Positions 37,633 to 49,707 of a stretch of 64,000 nt of DNA are shown one piece after another. This DNA is from Camelus ferus. Lineage: Eukaryota. The position numbers and the translations under genes were made by a program. Each line of letters begins with the position of its first letter. The first letter of the stretch is position 1. The notes below the pieces were generated by a model. That model was not told where the DNA came from. It saw only the letters and a list, made by a program, of their open reading frames with translations, and searched no databases. The stretch covers positions 54,562,001 through 54,626,000 of the forward strand of contig NC_045707.1 of the NCBI RefSeq assembly GCF_009834535.1, written 5' to 3'.

Positions 37633-40124
37633 TACCACTTAATGATGATACATTGTTTGTTTTTATTTTCTTGTTTTCAATATTGAGACATATTTGGTTT
37701 CTTTTGCAGTTTATTTAATATTTTAATATTTATATATTTTTGTGTGAACCATAAACTCATCTTTTGCTTTCATTTTATCAGATTACAAAGGGTGAAAACA
37801 AATAAATTCCATTTTCATTATTATGAGTGTAAATTTCAGCCACTGCAGATAACATCTGGTAGGTTCTGGATTGTTCTTTGAAAGCGAATGTTCTTAGAGT
37901 CAGGGTCGAATAGATTATTTTTTCTTACATTCCCCAGTCATGTCATTTAAATCATGTCACATTTAGTTGTTTCATATTTGGACTATTGTTTTTCAGACTT
38001 TTTTCTTTGTGAAGTTTCCAGTTGCCTTTCTTTTTCTTTTCCTCCCCTTCTCTCTTCCCATTCATCCTCTCTCTTTCTTTCTTCCTTTCCTTTTTTTCTT
38101 TATCCGGAAGATGTAATATGCTATTCTCATCAACAACTAATGTGCTCTTGCTTTTTATCCATTTTATTGTCAGGAAAAAACATGTCAGACTTTGAAATGA
38201 TTAAAAAAGATTTCTGGAAGTCCCGTTTCACTCAGCCTGTTGGGTTATCTGTTACTTTCATTGTCTTTGAGGTCTTTTACAGCCCCAAGTTGTAGAAAAT
38301 TCTTAGAAAAGCAAATAACTCATAGCCATAGAAATATAAATGAATTTTGTCAAGTGGGATGCAACCAGTTACTGTCCTGTGGATACTGAACAGTTTCACA
38401 TTTTGAAAAAAATTCATTGTATGATAACCTTGAGTAAGTTACTTAACCAGTTCTCTATTACAGAGAATAGCTCTATAATTTTTTTTTATTTTGGGGAAAC
38501 TGACCCCTTAACCTGTTGGAGCTGTCAATCTGGCATTTGGGTCTATGTCACACATCATTTCCTTCCACCCAACTACTGTGATTCATTTCAGAGAAGAATA
38601 TGTAAAAAATTCCAAGATAACTGGAGTCATTCCCAAGAAATATTTTTCCTTGAGTTGTAGAAAGAGTATAAGCCTGGAGCAACCAGTGGGCCTCCTTGAT
38701 ACTATGATGAAAATGTCTGAAAATAAAGACATTAAAGGAGGAACAAAAGCTGGAGGGTAGAGCAAGATGGAGTTTTGGATGCAGTGATATCAATTTAAGA
38801 CTCAAATGAAAAGATTTCTAGCTAATTATAATAACTTGGGGGAAAAAAAGAGGAAAAACAGGTATCCTGCCATGAAATACATAAATGTTTGGCAGTTAAT
38901 TTATCTCAGTATGTTGAGAGGTACTGAAAGCTTATTAAAATATTTAACTTTTAGCTTCTTTGGGTTTTTTTTTTCTTATTTATTGACTCAAAATATTATG
39001 AATAATAAAAAGAAAAAGACACTTTTTTTAAATAAATACTTTGGGTACCAAAATGAAAAGAGAAAACTATATAACCTAATGATTAATAAACTTTCTATAG
39101 GGAGCAATTGGTTTCTAAACCATAGATACACAGGTTATCAAATAAAGACAATTTCTTAGGCTTTTGAAAGTATTGACTTTTGGCATGAAGATATATTTTG
39201 GAGAAACAAATCATTAAATTAACCAAGTTACCAAGAGAAATAAAACAAATTAATTTTCAAATATTCTTGTGAACTGAAGGAGAAAACTAATTAACTATCA
39301 ACCCTGAACAATCCTGGGAAACTGAACTATATTGTAAAAATGCTTCTGCTTTACTGACTTAAAATAAATGTTTGAATAATTATATGTAGCTCAAGTTATA
39401 AATTAATGCTCTAGGTTCATGCTCAATTTATATAACTGAGTCTTATTTCATACTGTGCAATAAAATTCTCATTTTATTCTTCATCAAGTTTAAAGATGTT
39501 CTAGCTTAGAGCAAATGTAAGAATCACATTGTCAAAGCTGCACCCATCTGTCACCACCGGAGGTCATCTGGTTTCATTATTTATTCTGCTGGAATGTGTG
39601 GGCAAAAATGTATTTTAGGACTTGAAATACTCCATATTTATTTATGGTTGGAACCAAATTTATAGTTTTTCCTTTTTATTAAAACACAATCCTAATGCTT
39701 GTAACAAAAGGGTCCCTCTTTCTGAAGTACAAATATAAATTTTAATATTTCCAGAAAAAAGAGTTAGAAGGGAGGTATCAGGAGGACATGTGATATATGA
39801 TCCAGGATTTTGTTTTCTTCTTTGATTTTATTCCTTTAAAGAGCCCTTTCTTTAAGTGCAACATTCCCCTCCATCCATTCTATTCATTTTTCTAAAATTC
39901 ATGTGATAAGCTTGTAAGAAAAGGTATAGTTTTTAAGATAGGTTTCAGTAAATGGTTACATAGTAAATGGATGGTTATAATTTTATATATTCACTAATTC
40001 ATGAATATGTCAAAATGAAAATTATCCCAAGCCTTATATAGGTATCATATGTTAGCATTTCGGTGGTGGTTTTCCATGATTTCAGTGGTATCATTTAACC
40101 TTACAAGTCCAGTAAACTTGCCTG

Positions 40125-40253
40125 AGTTAGAGCCACCCAGCTAAGCTACTCCCAAAGTTCTGAATCATATAAACTGTGTGATACAATGTTTATTACTGTT
40201 TTAGCCACTAAGATTTTAGACAATTTGTTATATAACAATAGGTAACTGATACA
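40125..40253 (+). mobile_element. MLT1F-like LTR 3' end
   Basis: gagccacccagctaagctactccc...ttttagccactaag...aatttgttatataacaataggtaactgataca. Confidence 0.75.
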
Positions 40254-40286
40254 GTGCCTTAGAAATAATTTTCAAAATAGTGTCCC

Positions 40287-40655
40287 TCTTGAAAAAGAAC
40301 AAAGCTGGAGGCATAATTCTCCCAGACTTCAGACAATACTACAAAATTACAGTAATCAAAACAGCATGCTATTGGCACAAAAACAGACATATGGATCAAT
40401 GGAACAGAATAGAGCGCCCAGAAATAAACCCACACAACTACAGTCAATTAATCTTTGACAAAAGAGGCAAGAATATACAATGGAGAATAGACAATACCAA
40501 GGTAATAGAAATAAAAGCAAAAATAAACAAATGGGACCTACAACTCGATAGCAAATACAACTCAATAGCAAAAAAACAAATAACCCAATCAAAAAATGGG
40601 CAGAAGACCTAAGCAGATTTTCTCCAGTGAAGACATATAGGTAGCTGATACTCAT
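40287..40655 (+). mobile_element. L1 ORF2 fragment (post-RT region) with two internal deletions; no 3'UTR or poly(A)
   Basis: Translates [40 protein letters not shown]...IFDK...IQWR, jumps to [11 protein letters not shown], then jumps to the ..[18 protein letters not shown] region. Confidence 0.9.
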
Positions 40656-40889
40656 ATCAAATTTACCTTGAAACTAGAAGCAGTATTTCAAGATTTTTTA
40701 ATTAAAAAACAAAAAACAAAACAAAACAAAACAAACTCAAATATTTTTAATTACTTTTGATTGTTCCTACTATTTACAAGAAAACCAACTTTTTGGATGA
40801 AGTCCTAATGTCTGTAGAATGTCATAAAAGTAAATACAGAGTAACAAAAGAACACAAAAATTTAGTTTCTTCTAAATTTAATAATGTTA

Positions 40890-41687
40890 ACTGTCAGCTA
40901 TCAACGTCTCTCACCTCGCAATTTACCTTTCCTTACCTGCTCTGCAAAAATAGACCTGGCACTTTAAATACATTTTTCCTTTGCAAGATGGAAGTAAGCT
41001 TTGTCAATAGCTTTGCAGGAGAAAGGGCTTTTCCTCCTGGTTCAAATGCACTCAGTACGAAGGCTCCCACATTACACTTGGCTTCTCCAGCACTGAGTAA
41101 CTGTTGTGTGGATGACTTCTCAGCTGTGCAAGTCTCTGGTCCTTGGAGCACACACAGTTTCTCCAGTACCAGGCTCCTATAGGGCACACACTACCTCCCT
41201 AGCACACAATTACTGCCATGTATAGCATCCAGCAGTACTCAGCAGCAGGCGGCTTCCCCCAGAATCCTCTCAGGAATTTCCATGGCAGAACATTTCCATG
41301 AGATATCTTTCTGTGGACAGCTAGAGAACTGATTTCCCGCAAGTTCTAGGGGGAAGAGTTCCAGCGAGTTCCACCAGCACTTCATATGAGCGGTGCCTCC
41401 ACTATCCAATGAGAATGGCCGTGCACTCTCCAACAAGGTGTAGCTTTCAGCCCTGGCAGGATGGAGGATGGGGGCTCTTCCATGGGCACTCGATTTTGGC
41501 CTAGAGGTAGTGGCTGACACTTATATCTGCTAATCTCATATCCTTTAGAGTTCTCTTTACATTTTACCAGCCTACTTCGCATTAATTTAATTCCCACTAT
41601 GGTTAAAAACTTTATTTTATGTTAAACGTTCCCTATTCAAATTACTAGGTGGTTCTATCTCCTGATCAGATCCTGATCGAGTCACAC
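40890..41687 (+). mobile_element. ERVL LTR (LTR33-like)
   Basis: 3' end ttatgttaaacgttccctattcaaattactaggtggttctatctcctgatcagatcctgatcgagtcaca; GC-richer internal block with ccagca motifs. Confidence 0.6.
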
Positions 41688-41754
41688 TCTTTGAAGAACT
41701 GTTACATTCAGTGACAATGATGTTTAAGAAGTAACTGTAGAATTTATCTTAAAG

Positions 41755-42030
41755 CAGCTTCCCTCAAAAATGTTTCTCAGAATCTGTCACATGAATGTGC
41801 TCCAAGAAAAATGGGTTCCAAAGTCCAAAAGCTTAAATAATCCCCTTTCAATTAGAGATTCCTAGTGCCTTTAAGCATATTAATTCTTGCAAAGGTTCTG
41901 CAGTACATATAATCTATTTAATTTTGTTTAAGCCAGCATTTCCTGAACCTTGAAAACAGTTTATTAAACAAAAACAACTGTAGCAATTTCTGAAAAAATC
42001 AGGGTGGGAAACGATTTTGAAAACATTTTC
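41755..42030. mobile_element. hAT-Charlie MITE (MER103-like)
   Basis: tagagattcctagtgcctttaagcatatta...ttctgcagta...tttaattttgtttaagccagcatttcc. Confidence 0.5.
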
Positions 42031-43099
42031 CTAAAAGCATCAGTATAATACACAACCACAAGAGGTTTTTGAAGAGTATGGAGAAGATATCCTCCTGGCA
42101 TATGTACCCTTCTTTAGACTTGAAAACACTAGGAAAAATTTGACTATAAGAAGAATTCTCTAATTTTTCATAAATGCATTACTATTCAGTGGGTATAATG
42201 TGGCATAATTCTAAAATAGGTCTTTCAATGGTGCATAGCTTGGGAAAAAGAGAGCTTTTAGCTCATGTTATCTCATACTAATTTTCTCCATGTGTGATAT
42301 TGGTTACTTTATTTGTTATGAGATTTGCTCTTGATCAAAAATAAATTCTGGTTAGCCTCTTTCCCATCCAAAGAAGATTTAACTAGAGAAGTTGCTCTCT
42401 GACACTCAATATCTGTGGCTAGCCGCTGCTGAGTGAGCTTAGCTGAAAAAATCAGCTGTGATGTCTGTAATAAGGGAAAGTGAAATGGTGTAATGGTGAT
42501 GTAATCATTATTTGTTTAGACTAAAACTGCAAAGATCGCCATTCTTTCCCAAAGCCATAACATGATCATAACAAAATATCCAGTCTCATTGTTCCCTCTA
42601 CATGGACTTACAATAATAGAATACACTAAAAAAAATGAAAGCGATTCTTCAAAAAGAACAAGTACTTCTTACAATTTTAACTGATTGAAAAGACACAGCA
42701 AAAACATTTCAAATTTTTTCCTCCTGAGTTCTTGAGACGTTTTTATCAAAAATTTTGATATCACATGATATCACAATGATGTCCTTATAACTTTGCATAA
42801 AATATAATTATTGTAAGACTTCTACTGGAATTTTTTCATGGTTTCTTAAAATGTTGGCAACTTCTTATAAAGTTTATGAGAGCAACATTATGCCTTACAT
42901 TTCACTTGTTGCTCTGTGTGTGTAAGTAAATTTATAACATATAAAAGAGCACCAATAAATGAAGTCAGAAATCACCATAACTAATAAAATAAAATAAGAT
43001 CTTCAATTAAATATTCAAAATGACATTCATGAATTTCTCTTTATGAAAGTTCTATGTCTGAATTATTCTGCTGTTACAGTTCTTAACTACACTGTTCGT

Positions 43100-43537
43100 A
43101 TGTGGTATAAGTTCTTGGCACCTTATCCAGATCAGCATATCATGCAACCATCGTCTATCTGCTGTGAGTACTGAAACTAATGGTTTAGAACAGTGACCTT
43201 CTCAGAAGAATCACCCTTGGCTGAAGTGAACAAGCTTGGTGGAAACCTGGATAGTTGCACCACCACCCCCTCCCCATTTACTGACTAATTAAACTATACA
43301 AAATTCTCTCTCTTAGCCTCATGGTGGTAGAAGTCTGTGGTGTAATTTACTCTTCAGCAACATCGCCATTCCCTCTGTGTATCACACCAAAACTAGTTTG
43401 CATCCTGGCTCAGAGTTTTCCTCTCCCCTACTCTGCTTCCTTTATTCCCTTACAGGAATTTCCTGAAAAGCACCCTCAAAAATCATGCACACATGAATCT
43501 CAGTCTCAATTTCTACTTTTAGGGAAGTGATTTAAGG
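43100..43537 (+). mobile_element. ERVL LTR16-like 5' LTR
   Basis: End aaaatcatgcacacatgaatctcagtctcaatttctacttttaggga..taag is typical of LTR16; followed by internal sequence. Confidence 0.65.
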
Positions 43538-44180
43538 AGTGATCCCTAGGAAGCTGAGTCTAGAATGGAATTCTGGAATTGAAAACATGATGACCAGCTG
43601 AAAAGAAGGCACTGGCATAGAAGTTTATTTAAATAATAGAAAAATATAATAGAAGGGTGAATACCCATCTTGGCAAATCTCTTTCATGAAATCTGGATTC
43701 CAGTTATGAAAGGAATGGGATCCTGAGACTTGGGATGGGAACAGTAAGTAGATGAACTAGAAAATCTCGAGGGCCCAGAACCCCCTGAAATTTCTAGGCC
43801 TAGAAAAGTAGAACATAGCTCTTGCTAAAGGATAAAATAACCCCCTTGCTTTAGGACTATGCGGAAGCCTCAAATGAAGCAGGATCTTTACCTGGAAATT
43901 TTTGTTTTCTTCAAGGCAGGCTCGCATGACCCCCTACTACCCAACAAATCAAATCACAATATAACACCTGGAGAAGTGCTAGGCCTGTTAAGAGAAAAAA
44001 GGTTCCTGGGAGAATATGACTGGGAGCAGATCCCGAGGGAGCTACATCAAGGTGGGAAGGATGTAAAGGTGAAAGAGAAAGAGTTTGCCAGTATGGGGAA
44101 ACTCTATCATGACACAAAATTTAAACCTTGACTTAGGCCCTAGCAGCCAATTCTAATATGTTTCTGAGATGTCTCTTGGA
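43538..44180 (+). pseudogene. ERVL (ERV3-16A3-like) internal region, decayed gag
   Basis: KEWDPETWDGN at 43710-43742 and GEYDWEQIPRELHQGGKDVKVKEKEFASMGKLYHDTKF in ORF 43859-44131 resemble recalled ERV-L gag motifs (GKEWDPxxWxG; PGEYVWEWILRVLDQGGRNI..EFIDMG.LSRDS.F). Confidence 0.7.
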
Positions 44181-44198
44181 TATAGGCAGCAAACAAGA

Positions 44199-44252
44199 AT
44201 ATACATACATACATACATACATACATACACACACACACATATACACACATAT
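44199..44252. repeat. (TACA)n/(CA)n microsatellite
   Basis: Seen directly. Confidence 0.9.
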
Positions 44253-45225
44253 GTTCCAAGGAAAGTCACAGCAGGTTTGAAAAACAACAGTAACAACAAG
44301 TATATTTAAGTCTGGACTCTTCACTAGTAACAACCTAGTAACAACTTAAAACAAAATAAGAAAGTTTGAAATCAAGGAATAATAGATAAATCAATAAGCA
44401 AGTACAAACAAAAAGACATATTAATATTAGCTGACTGAATTGAAATATAATAATAATAAAGAGGAGAAATCAAAATATGATGCAATTGTCAAATAAAATA
44501 TACAATATGTCTTTATTCTTATGTGCCATGTGCAATATGATATAGAAAATAAATCATGCAAAAATTACCCCCAAAAAAGACTTTCAGAACAATATAATTA
44601 CACTGAGAGACATTTTCCCAAGTTGGAAAATATAATAGTCAGAAAAGTAAAATAAGTAAAATCACAGAAGAATTGGTCAATGTTATAAAAATTATTGAAG
44701 TCTATCTAGAACTTATTATTAAGAAAATAAAGAATATGCATTATCCTTGATATGGACATGAACTATTTATAGTAGATTACCTCAAGGAAAACTGCCACAT
44801 TTAAAACAACAGTTGTGCTATGTTATCAGATAACTATATTAACTATCTTATCTACAATGATGCAATAAATCAAAAATAAACCATAAAAAGATCTCAACAA
44901 TTTAGAAATGATGAAATATATACCTATATAATCCTTGTATCCAATAGTTTCATTTTAAAACTTTTAAGACTCAGAAAAACTGAACTCAAAAGTAAATGTA
45001 TAGCCTTAATGACTTTGACAATAAATAACTGAATGAAGAGAAGAGGAAGGAAGAAAGGAACTTCTTACTCAGCCTACAAAATATTTGAGAAAGAAATATA
45101 AAACCAAAAAAGAAAAAAATAAGAGGTGGGAATTAATATAGTTAAAATGTAAAGTTAATACACAGAAAAAAAACAAAAAAATAGAAAAAATGTCTAAAGA
45201 AGTTCTTTATCAAACACAATTAGAT

Positions 45226-45424
45226 TAGCAGTGTCCAACAGAACTTTATATGATGATAGAAATATTCTATATCTCTACTGTTTAAAAATGTAGCTGCATG
45301 TAATGCTTGAGATGTGGTCGGTGGAAATGAGAAACTAAATTTTCAATTTTATTTAATTTTAATTAATATAAATTTAAATTTAAAGGATACATGACTAATA
45401 TTAGTTTAATATTAGACAGCATAG
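45226..45424. mobile_element. MER3 hAT-Charlie MITE
   Basis: gtgtccaacagaacttt..tgatgatagaaatattcta...ttttatttaattttaattaat...ttagacagc; imperfect 8-bp TSD aattagat/ttttagat. Confidence 0.8.
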
Positions 45425-45688
45425 TTTTAGATGAATAATTTTTCACAAAGATAATTCAAGAAAAATATAAAAATTTAAAATATTTTATGGATTAAATAAT
45501 CTAATGAACAAAGTCAATGCACAAATAATAGATTTGGAAAAAAAATATTTGATGCAGAATAGGGACAGAGGATAATATCTACACTATACAAAGAGCTTTT
45601 ACAAATCGGCCAGAAGTGGATAAACAACCATTCAGGAAAAAACAGATATGAAGAAACAATTTACAGAGAATAAATACATAAGGCCAAC

Positions 45689-46164
45689 TGTGGCAGTCAA
45701 AATTCTAAGTTGGCCTTCATAATTCCCTGGTATCCATTTCCTTAAGAATAGTTGGAAATGTGACTTTTTTCTAACAAATAAACTATGGCAAAGATAAAGG
45801 AATATTTTTCCTTTTATTTATGGTTCTTTGAGTTAATTAAATAAAAGGTTGTCCTGGCAGGGTCAGACCTAACCTTGAAGAGGTAGAAACTGACTCTCTT
45901 CATTGCTGGTTTTGAAGACAAAAGCTGCATATGAGGAAATGAATTCTACCAACCACCAGAGGATGCTTGAAAACAGACCCTTATTTAAGCCTCCAGATGA
46001 GACTGCAGTCCAGACAACACCTTGATTTCAGCCTTATGAGATTCTAAGTAGAGAATCTTATAAGCCATGCCTGAATTTCTGACCCACAGAATCTATGGGA
46101 TGGGTATTATTTTCAGCTGCAAAGCCTGTGGTAATTTGTTATGCTGCAATAGAAAACTAACACA
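45689..46164 (+). mobile_element. MaLR LTR MLT1E-like
   Basis: tgtggcagtcaaaattctaag start and gtggtaatttgttatgctgcaatagaaaactaacaca end; 5-bp TSD ccaac/caaac. Confidence 0.85.
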
Positions 46165-46237
46165 CAAACAAACAAAAAGATGCTCAAAATAGGTAGTGAG
46201 AAAAATGAAAATTAAAGAATCAGTGAATCCTTTCTAT

Positions 46238-46723
46238 TGTGATGGAATGACTGAAATGTCTTTGAAATTCCTCTCAACCAAAGGTGGAGTCTAATTTCCC
46301 ATGAATATAAACTGGTGTTCGTGACTGACTTTTAATGGATACAATGAGGTAGAAGTAATGTTAAATGACTCCCCTGGAGTGCTGAGTTTTCTCTTCTGGA
46401 ATGTTCGCCCTTGGAGCTGAGCCACCATATGATGAAGAAGCCAAAGAGCCCTTGGAAAAGCCACGTGTATGTGTTCTGGCCACTGCCCCAGCTGAAATCT
46501 CAGCCAAGCACCATCAACTTGCCAGACTGTGAGTGAACAAGACTTTGGATGATTCCAGTGCACACACAGCCTTTAAGCAAGCCCAGTGGAAGCTGAATGA
46601 GGTAGAGGAGAACAAAATCTCTCAAGTCAACCCACACTGCATATTCCTCAGCAGACGTTGTCAATATTTTAAGCCACTAATTTTTAGGGTGTTTTTTTAA
46701 TAAAGCAAAAAGATAACAGGACA
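46238..46723 (+). mobile_element. MaLR LTR MLT1F/G/H-like
   Basis: aggtggagtctaatttcccc...ttttaagccactaatttttagggt...gcaaaaagataacaggaca. Confidence 0.8.
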
Positions 46724-48104
46724 TCTTTGTACTCATCTGACAGGTGAGTCCAGAAGAACCAAAACAGCTATGGCCAGTGGGGTTGTTGGAGCATCAAACA
46801 GAATTGTTCAGAAAAGATTCTGGGTTCTCACTCTGACTGATGAGTGGTGAAGTGATACCTGCACCCAAACCCTGCTTCCCACAGGATTAGGAGCTACCTT
46901 TAACTACTGGCAAAAGAAACTTCAGATGGCTTCCAGTTTTCCAGGTGCTGGGCAGCTGGTTTTCCCAAACTAGTGTGAACATCTCAAAATGAAAATCAAC
47001 CTTGCCTGGCAAAACTAGAAAATACATTCCTCCATTGACAAGGTTGCAACAGTGAGCTGGAGCCCTCTCTTGGAACATTTATAGACTGTATGCATATTCT
47101 GCAAGCTACCTAACCCTGGCAGGAGTCTCTATGGGAGATAACGAGGATCAAGGACCTGTGCCTTCTCCTCTTGCGGTCTGGTTTAGAAGTTTTCCAAAGT
47201 GTTCCTGTTTGATATTAAAGAAAATGGCCTGAAGTCTAGAGCAAGACAGCAAACATGAAGGAATTTATCTGTATGATAGGCAGTGATAATAAAAGGTTTT
47301 CACCTTGCACAGTATCTACTCAAATATTGTTGGTAATTGATTAATGCAGCATGGTCAATAGTAAATAGAACAAAACCAGTTAAGTGAAAAACAAAAAAGG
47401 GATTGAAATAATTTTAGTCTCTATTGATAAAAGAAGAGTTGAATACATTGTTGTATATCAAAAACAGGAAAAATAAGAACTCCCATATACACACATGTGT
47501 GTATGAATTAATTATATATCATATATATGATTTTGGTGAAAATGAGAAATATGAAGGAATCTATATTAGGTTATTCATGTTAAGAGGGTAGATGCTGAGA
47601 AAAAGAAAATGAAAGCTAATTATTGTTTAAAAAATAAAAAATAAGAAGATATGAGAGTCAATGTGTGTCAAACTAAGCAGGTGTCAGTTATTTTAGCAGG
47701 CTAGAATTTACTCCTTCGAGAATACACAAGTCACATCATGAGATATTTCAGACTTTCTTTAACTACTTCACTGTTCTATGCTTAAGATGGAAATAATCAC
47801 ATTTTACTCATATATGTTTTTTATTTATGATGAAAACTTTCCATTTTTGATGTTCAAGCCAATCAGCAGAATAAAAGGCTGAGTAATAGCATATTTCGTC
47901 CAAAGTCCAGGAGCCTGCATTACAGAAAAGCAACGTCCCGATCAAACAATTGTCTGATGCCTTCAGAGTTTCAAACCCCCTAGAAAGCTGCCAGAGAAAC
48001 AGAGCAGTATATTTAATTAGAATGTTTGCATCTTCCTTTGCATCCGAAGTGCAAGCAGAGTAAGTAAATCTGGTTAAATAGTCAGTGAAAGGAGAGAAAA
48101 AATG

Positions 48105-48340
48105 GTGGAACAGCTGGGTGGTTGAGAACAAGGCTCTGACACCCAGCCACTGGATTCCTAGCTCTGCTCCACTATTTATTAGCTCTGTACATGTAGGCTA
48201 TTCTCTGTAAAACAGAGGTAATGATAGTACCTATTTCATAGAATTGTGAGGAATTTAAATGCACTAATACCTTTAATGTTCTTAGAAATAAACTTGGCAT
48301 GCTGTAAGAGCTCAATAGATGTTAGCTGATATTATTATAA
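48105..48340 (+). mobile_element. MIR SINE
   Basis: gtggttgagaaca.ggctctg...tcctagctctgc...ctgtaaaacagaggtaatgatagtacctatttcataga.ttgtgagg...ctcaatagatgttagct. Confidence 0.8.
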
Positions 48341-48444
48341 TTATCATTCTTGTCAACTGAGCAATCTAGTTTCAAAAGCAGCAAATAACTAGTTTCTGTT
48401 ATTTTCTAAATGGCTAAGGTGCTATATTCCAACAATAATGACAC

Positions 48445-48825
48445 TGTAGCAAATGCTATAGGATGCCCCACCCATATCCCCTGGATCTCACAACCTTTAA
48501 GTACTCCAGCACCCTCCTGGGACTTGACTTCACAACAGATTTGAAGAACTAGAGAACTAACACCCCCACCCCAAGAGCAGCTCTCAACCAATGACTGGAC
48601 AGGAGCTGGTGTCTAAATATCCTAGCCCCTATTCCCTTCAGAGAAATGATTTTGTGATGTAGGGTTTACACCTTTACCAGAGGATCTATGCTTTGAGTAA
48701 GGTGCAGTCACATATGTTTTATTGGCTGTCATCCTTTCACTGTCTCATGGTCCCCACCCCTATAGGGAGTGCGGTGAAATCCTTGTTCCAGGGTTGGCTT
48801 CTGGGGGAACTGAAACTGAGAGACT
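48445..48825 (+). mobile_element. ERVL solo LTR16-like
   Basis: tgtagcaaatgct...ctcaaccaatgactggacaggagctggtgtctaaata...aaatccttgttccagggttggcttctgggggaac..aactgagagac. Confidence 0.75.
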
Positions 48826-48959
48826 TCTAGTTCAGGAACAAAGTAACATACATTGAACTTCTGAAATATGGAAAATATATTGAGAAATCCCTCAACTGAT
48901 AAATAGCATTATTTTTGCCTTATGAAATACTATAAAATATAACTGAAAAAATAATTAAA

Positions 48960-49140
48960 TGGATAATGGTTAAGAGCATAGACTCTGAAGTCAGTATACC
49001 CCAACTCTCACTCCACTTTGGCAATGTCACTTAACCTCTCTGTAATTAAATGTCTTCATCTGTAAAATGAATATTACAATATTACCAACCATATAAGGTT
49101 GTTACAAATAGGAACTTAACTAACATGCACTTAGAATATG
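48960..49140 (+). mobile_element. MIR SINE
   Basis: aatggttaagagcatagactctgaagtcag...tttggcaatgtcacttaacctctctgt...tcatctgtaaaatg. Confidence 0.8.
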
Positions 49141-49451
49141 ACCACTGCTGTTATTAATAAAACTGAATTGATATGTAGAGGCTAGACTGCCATAGTACAA
49201 AGTAAAATACTGATCTAACTCTCTGTCTCTCTCTCCCCTTCTCCCCCTCTCAATCTAATGCCTTCATGCCATCCTACTCTCTAGAACATAGCTCACCTCT
49301 CTGCTGACCCCTACCCCACTCCTGGCACTACAGCCTGCTTCAGCCACTCACAACAAAAAGCAGTTCTGGCCCATCACTTCCTCATACTCTCCATAATCAT
49401 CATCTTAGTCTGCAAACCCAACACTAAAATGTAACTGAAAATTGGGTTTAG

Positions 49452-49590
49452 ACATTCTGATTGGTGTTAACTGGAATCTCATTGTGGTTTTGATTTTCAT
49501 TTCCTTGATGACTACCGATGTTGAGCACCTTTTCATGTGCTTGTGTGCTTCTGTGGAAGAAATGCCTATTCAGGCCCTCTGCCCATTTTT
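49452..49590 (-). mobile_element. Older L1 ORF2 C-terminal fragment (antisense, left piece)
   Basis: atctcattgtggttttgattttcatttccttgatgact...gatgttgagcaccttttcatgtgc...ctctgcccattttt. Confidence 0.85.
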
Positions 49591-49707
49591 TCTTTTCTTT
49601 TGTTTTTTAAATTTTGGTGGGGGGAGGTCATTAGGTAGTTAGGTATGTATGTATGTACGTACGTATGTATGTATTTTAATAGAGGTACTGGGGATTGAAT
49701 CCAGGAC
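49591..49707 (-). mobile_element. Vic-1-like SINE lacking its 5' half
   Basis: ggggggaggtcattaggt...ttttaatagaggtactggggattgaatccaggac, homologous to the full copy at 26180-26316. The A-box half is absent. Confidence 0.8.

Larger units (their letters stand above)
44270..46237 (+). mobile_element. Highly decayed L1M ORF2 fragments, interrupted by MER3 and MLT1
   Basis: A-rich plus strand; gataatatctacactatacaaagagcttttacaaatc, and aaatacataaggccaac|aaacaaaaagatgctca split by the MLT1 insertion. Confidence 0.55.

Noticed and set aside
40757..41182. 141-aa plus-strand ORF
   Set aside because: TTG start, overlaps an LTR33-like element, no recognisable homology.
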